From contig JBILLV010000012.1 in NCBI GenBank assembly GCA_044375895.1, positions 2,826 through 66,825 on the forward strand: a stretch of DNA of 64,000 nucleotides, given 5' to 3'. Of the stretch, positions 25,223-33,180 are shown one piece after another (position 1 is the stretch's first letter; each line of letters starts with the position of its first letter). Below the pieces are notes generated by a model. It was not told the origin of the DNA and made no database searches. It worked only from the letters and a program-made list of their open reading frames with translations. Origin of the DNA: Polyangiales bacterium (GTDB taxonomy: Bacteria; Myxococcota_A; Polyangia; Polyangiales; Ga0077539). A program made the translations under genes and the position numbers.

Positions 25223-26353
25223 ATGAGCTCTGACGACGCCCTGCCCGACGCGCTCCGCGCCCTCCTCGACCGCTTCCATTTCGACCGCGTCCCCTTCGAC
25301 CGTCTCCGCGCCCAGGTGCGCGAGGGCGTCGACCTCGACGCGCTCCACGCGATCACGCAGCCCGTGACGCCGCCCCCGAACGACTGCGCCCACGAGCCAC
25401 CCCCCGAAGGGAGCGAAGCCCGCCAGCGCCTCCACGCCGAGGGCGCCGCCGCGATCGCGCGGGGTGAGCTCGCCGCGGTGGTGCTCGCGGGGGGCATGGC
25501 GACGCGCTTCGGCTCGGTGGTGAAGGCGCTCGCGCCGCTGTCGGACGACGACCCCACGCGCTTCCTTGACGCGCGCCTCGCCGACATCGACCGCAACGGC
25601 CTCGGCAAGGTGGACCTCACGCTCATGACGAGCTTCGCCACCGACGCCGCCATCCGCGAGGCCCTCGCGCGCGCCGGCCGAGGTGATGTACACGTCGCCC
25701 CGCAGTTTGTCTCCCTGCGGCTTCGTCCCGACGGTTCGCACTTCCGCGACACGTCCGGCGAGCTCTCGCCCTACGCCCCAGGTCACGGCGACCTGCCCGA
25801 CGCGCTCGCGGCCAGCGGAGCCCTCGCGAGGCTCCGCGCGCGGGGCGTCAAGACCGTCCTCATGTCCAACGTCGACAACATCGGCGCCACCATCGACCCG
25901 GTGTTGTTCGCGATGCATCGGGCCTCGGGGGCGCGCCTGTCGGTCGAGCTCGTGGCGAAGGAGAAGGGCGACCGCGGCGGGCTCCCAGTGTCGGTCGACG
26001 GACGCCTCGTGCTCGCGGAGACCTTCCGCCTCCCGAAGGGATTCCCAGACGCGGATTTCCCGCTCTTCAACACCAACACCCTCTGGATCGACCTCGAAGC
26101 CCTCGAAGGCGAGCACCCTTGGACCTGGTGCTACACGCGCAAGAAGGTCACCGGTCTCGAGGCCATTCAGATGGAGCGCCTTATCGGCGAGCTGAGCTGG
26201 TGGCACCCGACGGCCTGGCTTCACGTGCCGCGCACCGGCGTGGCGTCGCGCTTTCTACCGGTCAAAGACCTGGATGAGCTCCAGTCCCGCCGCCCCCACA
26301 TCGCCGCCATCCTGCGCGAGCGACTGGGTCTGGCGCTGGCGGGTTCTCCGTAG
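25223..26353 (+). CDS. UDPGP-family (eukaryotic-type UTP--sugar-1-phosphate uridylyltransferase-like) nucleotidyltransferase
   Basis: VVLAGGMATRFG (cf. LNGGLGT.MG), LMTSFATD, PYAPGHGD, MSNVDNIG, FNTNTLWI. This is the order and spacing of UGPase/UAP family motifs. Confidence 0.7.
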   Translation: MSSDDALPDALRALLDRFHFDRVPFDRLRAQVREGVDLDALHAITQPVTPPPNDCAHEPPPEGSEARQRLHAEGAAAIARGELAAVVLAGGMATRFGSVVKALAPLSDDDPTRFLDARLADIDRNGLGKVDLTLMTSFATDAAIREALARAGRGDVHVAPQFVSLRLRPDGSHFRDTSGELSPYAPGHGDLPDALAASGALARLRARGVKTVLMSNVDNIGATIDPVLFAMHRASGARLSVELVAKEKGDRGGLPVSVDGRLVLAETFRLPKGFPDADFPLFNTNTLWIDLEALEGEHPWTWCYTRKKVTGLEAIQMERLIGELSWWHPTAWLHVPRTGVASRFLPVKDLDELQSRRPHIAAILRERLGLALAGSP

Positions 26354-26388
26354 ATTCCGGGCGCGACGCCCCCGTATTCTCCAGGGCG

Positions 26389-28863
26389 ATGGCCCCGTCG
26401 CAACGCCCCCCGCCCCTCGGCGCTCCACCCGCTGCTCCGCCGCCCACCGTCCCCTCGCAGCGCCCGCCGCCTCCCGATGCCGACGCGTTCGAGTCGCGCC
26501 CGCGGTATCGCGCGCTCCTCGTCGCGCTCCGCGAGGTGGTCGCCTCCGCGACGTCGATGAAGGAACTCCTGCGCAACGCGCGCGACCTCCTCCACGCCCT
26601 CCTCGACGCCGAGCGGGTGACCCTGTTCGCCACCGACCCGCGCAACACCACGCTCTGGTCGCTGGCGCGGTCGAGCGCAGATGCCCCGCTCCGCGTGCCG
26701 CGCACCCACGCGACGCTGCCCGGCCTCGCGGCCATCCTCCGGCGCACGGTGACGTTGCGCAACGCCTACGACGCCCAGGAGCTCTGTGGGCTCCACGCCG
26801 ATCTCCGCCACGACTCGGCGCGCGACGTCGGGATGCCCTCGCGGACGCGGCAGGTGCTGGTGACCCCGGTGCTCGGCGCGCGCAGCGTCGTGGGGGTGAT
26901 CGAGTTCGTCAACTCGCTCGACGGGATGGATTTTCGCCCCGACGACGTGCGCCTCGCGGAGGAGGTCGCGCGGCTGCTCGGGCCGGCCCTGGAGTCTCAG
27001 CTCGGCGCCACGTCGGTGCGCCCCGAGGGAGCGCGCTTCGGGCTCCTGGTGGCGCGCGGGGTCGTCGGCGACGCGCAGGTGCAGGAGGCCTTCAACCGCG
27101 CGCGCCAGGGCGACGGCGACGCGGCCGCGGTGCTCATCAACGACTTCCGCGTCCCCCGCGATGCGGTCGGCGAGTCGCTGGCCGACTGGCACCACACCCG
27201 CTTCTTCGCCTGGGACGGGCGCTTCCGCATGTCGAAGGCGCTGCTCGACCGCGTCCCGGTGGGCTTCATGCGCAGTCAGGTGTGCGCCCCGGTGGCGCTC
27301 CTCCCCGACGGCACCCTCGTCGTCGTGGCCGAGAACCCCGACAACCTCGACGTCGCCGACGCCCTGCGCGCCCGTCGCATCGCGCCGCGCATCGAGCTCG
27401 CGGTGGGGCTGCGCCGCGACATCCTCGCGTACATCGAGGCGAGCATCGCGTCGCCCGCGCCTTCGGGCGTGCTGCTCCACCCGCCGCTGGTCGACGCCCG
27501 CACCGAGGCGACGCCCTCCGCCCGCCCGACCGCGTCCGCTCGCCCCGCGGAGGCCTCCGAGTCCGACGCGGTGAAGCGCCTCGTCGACGCCCTCGACGAG
27601 CGGGCGTCGGGCGTCCCCGACAACGCCGACCCGCTGGAGGAGCCCGTCGTCGGCGGCCAGGAGTCCGACGCCCTCATCGCCCGGCTCGTGCGTCACATGG
27701 TCGTCGACGCGGCGGCGCGCGGAGCGTCGGACATTCACATCGAGCCCAACGGTGACAACGGGCCGTGCCGCGTTCGTCTGCGCATCGACGGCGACTGCAC
27801 CGACTACGTCGCCATCCCCGCGATGCAGCGGGCCGCCCTGGTGGGCCGCATCAAGGTGCTCGCCGACCTGGACATCGCCGAGCGCCGCCGCCCGCAGGAC
27901 GGACGCCTGCGCGTGAAGGGCCCCAGCGGCGTCATCGAGGTGCGCGTCGCGACGCTCCCCACCTCGGGCGAGAACGAGGACGTCGTCATGCGCATCCTCT
28001 CGGCGTGGCGCCCGATGCCGCTCGAAGACCTGTCGTTCAGCGCGCGCAACCTCACGGCCTTCCGCGAGATGATCTCGCAGCCCTATGGGATCGTCCTCGT
28101 GGTGGGGCCGACCGGCTCGGGCAAGACCACCACGCTCCACGCCGCCCTCGGACACCTCAACACTCCGGACATGAAGATCCTCACCGTCGAAGACCCGGTG
28201 GAGATCGTGCAGCCCGGCATCCGGCAGGTGCAGGTGAACACCCGCATCGGCGTGGGCTTCCCCGAAGCGCTCCGGGCCTTTCTCCGCAACGACCCCGACG
28301 TCATCATGGTGGGCGAGATGCGCGATCGGATCACGGCTGCGGTGGGCATCGAGGCCTCGCTCACCGGACACCTGGTGCTCTCCACCCTCCAGGCCAACAG
28401 CGCCCCCGAGACCCTCACGCGCCTCATCGGGATGGACATCGACGTGATGAGCCTCGCCGACGCGCTCCGCGGGGTGCTCGCGCAGCGGCTCGTGCGGCGG
28501 CTCTGCGACGCGTGCCGGGCGCCCCACGAGCCCACCCCCGAGGAGTGGCAGGCCGTCGGCGACGCGTACGGCGACGAGGCCTTCGCGGCCCTCATGGGCG
28601 AGCGCGACCAGGCGCCGCAGACCTTCCGCCCGGTGGGTTGTGCGCGCTGCCGCGGCACCGGCTACCGCGGCCGCATCGCCCTCCACGAGCTCCTCACGGG
28701 AACCGAGCGGATCAAGCAGCTCGTCGGGCGTCGCGCGCCGCTGGAGGAGATCCGCGCGGCGTCGGCGGCGGAGGGCGTGCGGACGATGCTCCAGGACGGC
28801 GTCGAGAAGGTTCTCGACGGCCACACGGACTTCCGTCAGGTGCGCGCCGCCTGCGCCCGCTGA
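26389..28863 (+). CDS. GspE/PilB-family secretion ATPase with N-terminal GAF domain
   Basis: GAF-like region (...VLVTPVLGARSVVGVIEFVN...) and a T2SSE_N-like region. Walker A GPTGSGKTTT, Asp box DPDVIMVGEMRD, TGHLVLSTLQANSAP (variant His box), and tetracysteine CDAC...CARC. Confidence 0.88.
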   Translation: MAPSQRPPPLGAPPAAPPPTVPSQRPPPPDADAFESRPRYRALLVALREVVASATSMKELLRNARDLLHALLDAERVTLFATDPRNTTLWSLARSSADAPLRVPRTHATLPGLAAILRRTVTLRNAYDAQELCGLHADLRHDSARDVGMPSRTRQVLVTPVLGARSVVGVIEFVNSLDGMDFRPDDVRLAEEVARLLGPALESQLGATSVRPEGARFGLLVARGVVGDAQVQEAFNRARQGDGDAAAVLINDFRVPRDAVGESLADWHHTRFFAWDGRFRMSKALLDRVPVGFMRSQVCAPVALLPDGTLVVVAENPDNLDVADALRARRIAPRIELAVGLRRDILAYIEASIASPAPSGVLLHPPLVDARTEATPSARPTASARPAEASESDAVKRLVDALDERASGVPDNADPLEEPVVGGQESDALIARLVRHMVVDAAARGASDIHIEPNGDNGPCRVRLRIDGDCTDYVAIPAMQRAALVGRIKVLADLDIAERRRPQDGRLRVKGPSGVIEVRVATLPTSGENEDVVMRILSAWRPMPLEDLSFSARNLTAFREMISQPYGIVLVVGPTGSGKTTTLHAALGHLNTPDMKILTVEDPVEIVQPGIRQVQVNTRIGVGFPEALRAFLRNDPDVIMVGEMRDRITAAVGIEASLTGHLVLSTLQANSAPETLTRLIGMDIDVMSLADALRGVLAQRLVRRLCDACRAPHEPTPEEWQAVGDAYGDEAFAALMGERDQAPQTFRPVGCARCRGTGYRGRIALHELLTGTERIKQLVGRRAPLEEIRAASAAEGVRTMLQDGVEKVLDGHTDFRQVRAACAR

Positions 28864-28922
28864 CCCGACACCTCCCGCTTCATTGATCTGCGGGGCGACG
28901 TGCCGTATGACGCGCCGCCCCG

Positions 28923-30134
28923 ATGACCGCCCCCTCCCCCACCCCTTCGACGACGTCCGTGATCGGTGTGGTGGACGTCAACGTCGCGCCGGCCGTCGCG
29001 CGTCGCATCGGGGGCCTCGCGCTCCCGCTCCGTGCGCTCCTCGCGCTCCAGCAGGCGGGCGCGTCGCCCCTCGCGTTCACGGGCTCCGCGGCCGAGGCGT
29101 GGGCGGCTCACGCGCGCGCTGACGATCGCGTCCGCTGCGCCGTCGAAGCGCTCACGCGACCGCCCGAGGGACCCTTCGTCGCCGTGTCGGGGGAGCTCGC
29201 GATCGACACGCGCTTCGCCCGCGCCCTGCTCCGTGCGCCCGGCGTCGTGCGCGCGAGAGACGAGGTGGTGGCCGTTCACCGCGTGACACCGAGCGACCAG
29301 GGCGTGCTCGTCGACGCGGGCGACGGCGCGCTCGACGTGTCGTCCGAGGGGCTGTGTCTGCCCGTGCGTGACGACGCCTCGGCGCGCGCCGCCGACGATC
29401 GACTCTACGCCTCCCTGCGCAAACCGCAGGACGGCTTCATCTCGCGCGCGATCAACCGCTCGCTGTCCATTCGTGTGACGCGGCTCCTCGCGCCGACGGG
29501 GCTCCGTCCCAACCAGGTGTCCGTGGGCATCCTCGCGTTCGGCGTCGCGGGTGCCGTGCTCGCCGCGAAGGGGACGCACGCCGCCCTCGCGGTCGCGGGC
29601 ATGTGCTTCAACGCCCAGTCGATCCTCGACGGCTGCGATGGCGAGCTCGCGCGGCTCACCTTCCGCGGCTCCCGCACGGGCGAGTGGATCGACACCGTCG
29701 GCGACGACCTCACCAACTACGGGTTCTTCGCCGGGGCGGCGTGGGGCCTGCACCGCGCGGGTCTCGGCGCGCTCCCGCTGCTGCTCGGCGGAGTGGGGCT
29801 GGCGGCGGGCTTCGTCGCGTCGCTCACGGAGTACCGCTACCTCCTTCGCATCGGCAGCGGCGACCTCCTCCGCTACCCCCTCGGCTTCGGCGACGACGCG
29901 TCGGGCGACGCGCGGGCCGACACGGGGCTGCGTCGTCTCGTGGGCCTCGCGCGGCCGCTCTTCAAGCGCGACTTCTTCGTCTTCGCGACGATGCTCGCCG
30001 CGCTCGCTGGGCCGTCGGCGATGCTCGTGATGCTCGCCCTCTTCGCGGGGGGTGCGGCGATCACCCTGTCGGCCGTGCTCCGCTCGGAATGGGCGCGTCG
30101 CGGCGTTGCTCCGGGTCAGGAGACGCGGGTGTGA
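28923..30134 (+). CDS. CDP-alcohol phosphatidyltransferase family protein with N-terminal nucleotidyltransferase-like (degenerate) domain
   Basis: Full signature D-x2-DG-x2-AR-x8-G-x3-D-x3-D in LDGCDGELARLTFRGSRTGEWIDTVGDD. Several TM spans flank it. The N-terminal 160 aa resemble an NTP-transferase fold but lack the GxGxR loop. Confidence 0.8.
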   Translation: MTAPSPTPSTTSVIGVVDVNVAPAVARRIGGLALPLRALLALQQAGASPLAFTGSAAEAWAAHARADDRVRCAVEALTRPPEGPFVAVSGELAIDTRFARALLRAPGVVRARDEVVAVHRVTPSDQGVLVDAGDGALDVSSEGLCLPVRDDASARAADDRLYASLRKPQDGFISRAINRSLSIRVTRLLAPTGLRPNQVSVGILAFGVAGAVLAAKGTHAALAVAGMCFNAQSILDGCDGELARLTFRGSRTGEWIDTVGDDLTNYGFFAGAAWGLHRAGLGALPLLLGGVGLAAGFVASLTEYRYLLRIGSGDLLRYPLGFGDDASGDARADTGLRRLVGLARPLFKRDFFVFATMLAALAGPSAMLVMLALFAGGAAITLSAVLRSEWARRGVAPGQETRV

Positions 30135-31420
30135 GCCGCAGCGTCTTGATGGTGTCGTGGCTCTTCGCGCCCAACGTGTCGATCGGTGCGAAGCGGGCCC
30201 TTCGCTTCGCGCGCTGGCTCCCCTCGCACGGCTGGCGCCCGACGGTGCTCTGCCGCCGCGTGACGCCCGCCTCGCAGCGCGACCCCTCGCCCGCTCACCT
30301 GCCGCCCGAGGTGACCGTGCGCCACGAGTATGACCACCCGGTGTTCGCGCGCTTCGCGGCGGGCGAGGCGGCGCCGTCGACGGTGGCGCCGCCCGCTCCC
30401 CTCGCCCGCTCGCTGCGAGAGCGCCTCGCCGAACGGTGGAACCTCTTCGTCGACGCGATGGTGCCGACCGAGACCGTGGCCATCCACGCGCCGCACGCGA
30501 TGGCGCGCATCGACGCCCTCGCCCCCGCGCACGATCTCCTCTGGACCACGAGCTACCCCTACCACACGCACGCGCTCGGCCTCCGCGCAGCACGACGGCA
30601 TCGCAAAGCCCTCGTGGTCGACCTGCGCGACCCGTGGACGCCCAACTGGGTCCATCGACGGAAGTTTCCCCACGCGCGAGCGATCGAAGCGCGTCTGGAG
30701 CGCGAGGCCATCGCAGGGGCCGACGCCGTCGTGGTCACCACCGAGGCGCTCGCGGCGCTGTACCGGGAGATGTTCCCTGCGCACGCGCGGAAGTTTCGCT
30801 GCGTCCACAACGCGTTCGACCCGGTCGCTCCCGATGCGCCGCCGCCCGAGCTGCGTACGTCCGATGCGCCCCGTCGGCTCGTCCATTTTGGCAACGTCTA
30901 CGGCCCGTGGAGCTTCGAGACGCTGTACCGCGCGCTCGCCGCGCTCCGTCGTGAGGGCTCGCTGCCGCCCGTCGTCCTCGAGAACTACGGCAAGCTCTCC
31001 GACCGCGACCGCGACCTCGCGGCCTCCCTCGGCGTCGCCGACATCGTGCGCGTGCTCCCGACGCTCGCCTACGACCGCGGGCTCGCGCGGCTCCGCGGCG
31101 CCGACGCGCTGCTGCTCGCGGCCTGGGACGACCCCGACGCGCGGCTCTACGTGCAAGGGAAGGTGTTCGACTACCTGGCCGCGGCGCGCCCCATCGTCGC
31201 CGAGAGCGCGCACCCCGACATCCGCCACATCGTCGCGGACACGGGCGCGGGAACGGTGGTGTCACCGGGTGACGTACGGGCGATGGCCGACGCGCTCCGA
31301 CCGCTCCTCCGCGGCGAAGCCGTGCCCCCGACGCGGGACGAGTCCGCCGTGGCCTACTACTCCGCGCGCGAGGCCACCGGGCGCCTCGCGGTGATCTTCG
31401 ACGAGGTGATGCGACCGTGA
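30131..31420 (+). CDS. glycosyltransferase, GT-B fold (GT4-like)
   Basis: GTG at 30131 (GTGA overlap); ATG at 30149 is an alternative. VLMVSWLFAPNVSIGAKRALRFARWL, TTSYPYHTH, and a C-terminal QGKVFDYLAAARPIVAES resembling the GT4 E-x7-E region. Confidence 0.75.
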   Translation: MSRSVLMVSWLFAPNVSIGAKRALRFARWLPSHGWRPTVLCRRVTPASQRDPSPAHLPPEVTVRHEYDHPVFARFAAGEAAPSTVAPPAPLARSLRERLAERWNLFVDAMVPTETVAIHAPHAMARIDALAPAHDLLWTTSYPYHTHALGLRAARRHRKALVVDLRDPWTPNWVHRRKFPHARAIEARLEREAIAGADAVVVTTEALAALYREMFPAHARKFRCVHNAFDPVAPDAPPPELRTSDAPRRLVHFGNVYGPWSFETLYRALAALRREGSLPPVVLENYGKLSDRDRDLAASLGVADIVRVLPTLAYDRGLARLRGADALLLAAWDDPDARLYVQGKVFDYLAAARPIVAESAHPDIRHIVADTGAGTVVSPGDVRAMADALRPLLRGEAVPPTRDESAVAYYSAREATGRLAVIFDEVMRP

Positions 31421-32367
31421 CCCTGCCCTTCGTGAGCGTGATCATCCGCTCGTTCAACCGTCTCCCGGAGCTCGCGAAGCTCCTCGATGTCGTGCTCGCG
31501 CAGCGCGGCGTCGACTTCGAAGTGGTCATCGTCGACTCGACGCGCGACCTCAGCGACGAGGCCGTGTGGGCCATCCTCGGCGACCGCGGTCCGCGGGTTC
31601 GCCTGCTTCGAAGCCCGCCGCGCGGGTGCGCCGCGGCAGCGAACGAGGGCGTCCGCGCGGCCCGCGGTGAGGTGGTGGCCTTCGTCGACGACGACGACCT
31701 CCCGGTGGGCGACGGCTGGCTCCTCGCCCACACGCGCCACTACGAAGACCCCGACTGCCTCGGCGTCAACGGCTTCATGGAGTACACCGGCGGTGGGGCC
31801 GAGCGGGTGCCGCGCGTGCGGGCGGAGTGGCTGCGCGACCGCTGGATGCTCTCCTACGGCCCCTTCAAGAAGCCGCGCGTGTTTCACGGGAGCCCCAACG
31901 CCCGACGCGGTATCGCGTGGCTCGCCGGCGGCAACAGCTCGCTCCGCCGCTCGGCGTGGGAGCGCGGCGGCGGCTGGGACGAGTACCTCGGCTACCACAA
32001 CGAGCACTCGCTCTTCCTGCGGCTCGCGCGGCGCAAGCGGCCCGACGAGTACCTCGCGTACGAGCCCGAGGCGCGCATGATCATCCGCCGCGACGTCCCC
32101 GGCGGCCTCGACCACCGCACCCGCGTCGACAGCCGAGCGCGCATCGACACCCTCGCGAAGTACTACTTCTGGCTCGTGGGCCGCGAGCACCCGCTGCGCA
32201 TCTATGGGGCGCTGCCGGTGTTTCTCCCGTACTTCATCGTCGACGCGGGCATCCACGCCGCCGAGCTCGCCGAGCACACGCAGGCGAGCCTCGTGCGGCA
32301 GTTCGTGGAGGGCGCGCTCTACGCCCCCGTGAGCGCGTGGCGGCACGTGCGCCAGGGGCCGCCGTAG
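31417..32367 (+). CDS. glycosyltransferase family 2 (GT-A fold)
   Basis: GTG at 31417 (GTGA overlap). VSVIIRSFNR...VVIVDSTRD...NEGVRAARGEVVAFVDDDD (DxD), typical of a GT2 N-terminal domain. Confidence 0.82.
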   Translation: MTLPFVSVIIRSFNRLPELAKLLDVVLAQRGVDFEVVIVDSTRDLSDEAVWAILGDRGPRVRLLRSPPRGCAAAANEGVRAARGEVVAFVDDDDLPVGDGWLLAHTRHYEDPDCLGVNGFMEYTGGGAERVPRVRAEWLRDRWMLSYGPFKKPRVFHGSPNARRGIAWLAGGNSSLRRSAWERGGGWDEYLGYHNEHSLFLRLARRKRPDEYLAYEPEARMIIRRDVPGGLDHRTRVDSRARIDTLAKYYFWLVGREHPLRIYGALPVFLPYFIVDAGIHAAELAEHTQASLVRQFVEGALYAPVSAWRHVRQGPP

Positions 32368-32373
32368 CCCCGC

Positions 32374-33156
32374 TCAGAACGTCCCCGCGACCCCGACGCC
32401 TTGCGCGCTCACGACGAGCCGAGGGCCTTCATAGACATGCGCCGCGGCCGTGCCGAAGCCCACCCCGAGGCCGAGCACCAGGCCGACGGAGGTGTCGACC
32501 CAGTTGTGCGCCCCGGCCACGACGCGCAGCACGAGGTTGGTCACCGCGAGCGCGCCCGACGCGACGAGAATCGGCCCGTACGCGCGCCGACCGCCCGACG
32601 GGAGCAGCATCATCCCGAGCGACGCGCCCGCCATCGCCGCCAGCGACGCGGTGTGCCCTGAGGGGAACGACACGCGGTCTTCCCGCTCGCTCGTGGCGCA
32701 ACGGCCCTCCGCGTCGCTCCACGCGCGCGGACGACACTCGCCGACGATCACCTTGAGCGAGCTCACCAGCCCGATCGTCATCACGGTGGACTCCGCGAGC
32801 ACCAGCGGCGCGCGGAGGAGCGTGAGCCCGCGCGATCCGAGCCCCCAGCGCTCGACGACGACCCCGAGGCCCACGGTGGCGGCGAGTCCTCCCCACAGCA
32901 CGACGTCGCTCACGAGCCCCACCTCGGGGCGCCAGACGCGTCCGCCGAGGCCATCGAAGGGCGCGCGATCGATCGTGGGCGGAGACGCGAACAGACCCGC
33001 CAGCGCGAGGCCGCCGCCCACCGCGACGTAGCCGACGTCCCAGGCGAGCGAGCCGCCCATCGCGAGGTGGAGGTCGCGCGCCGGTGTCGACTGGGCGAGC
33101 GCGGAGGCGGGGAGGAGGAAGAGAGCGACGGAGAGGAGGAGAGACGGCGTGCGCAT
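32374..33156 (-). CDS. PAP2-superfamily acid phosphatase / lipid phosphatase, secreted or membrane
   Basis: Signal peptide MRTPSLLLSVALFLLPASALA. Three PAP2 motifs: KVIVGECRPR, SFPSGHT, RVVAGAHNWVD. Confidence 0.85.
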   Translation of the reverse strand: MRTPSLLLSVALFLLPASALAQSTPARDLHLAMGGSLAWDVGYVAVGGGLALAGLFASPPTIDRAPFDGLGGRVWRPEVGLVSDVVLWGGLAATVGLGVVVERWGLGSRGLTLLRAPLVLAESTVMTIGLVSSLKVIVGECRPRAWSDAEGRCATSEREDRVSFPSGHTASLAAMAGASLGMMLLPSGGRRAYGPILVASGALAVTNLVLRVVAGAHNWVDTSVGLVLGLGVGFGTAAAHVYEGPRLVVSAQGVGVAGTF

Positions 33157-33180
33157 GCCGGAGAGAGGGCGAAGGACGCG

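Noticed and set aside
23294-26224. A 976-aa minus-strand ORF spanning ddl, the 211-aa ORFan and the UDPGP-like gene.
   Set aside because: It is antisense to genes with unmistakable family motifs (Ddl, UDPGP). The composition is R/G/E/H-rich and it has no motifs, which is typical of a GC-rich shadow ORF.
26221-28824. An 867-aa minus-strand ORF.
   Set aside because: It is antisense to the GAF-GspE ATPase, which carries Walker A, the Asp box and a zinc motif. It is a shadow ORF.
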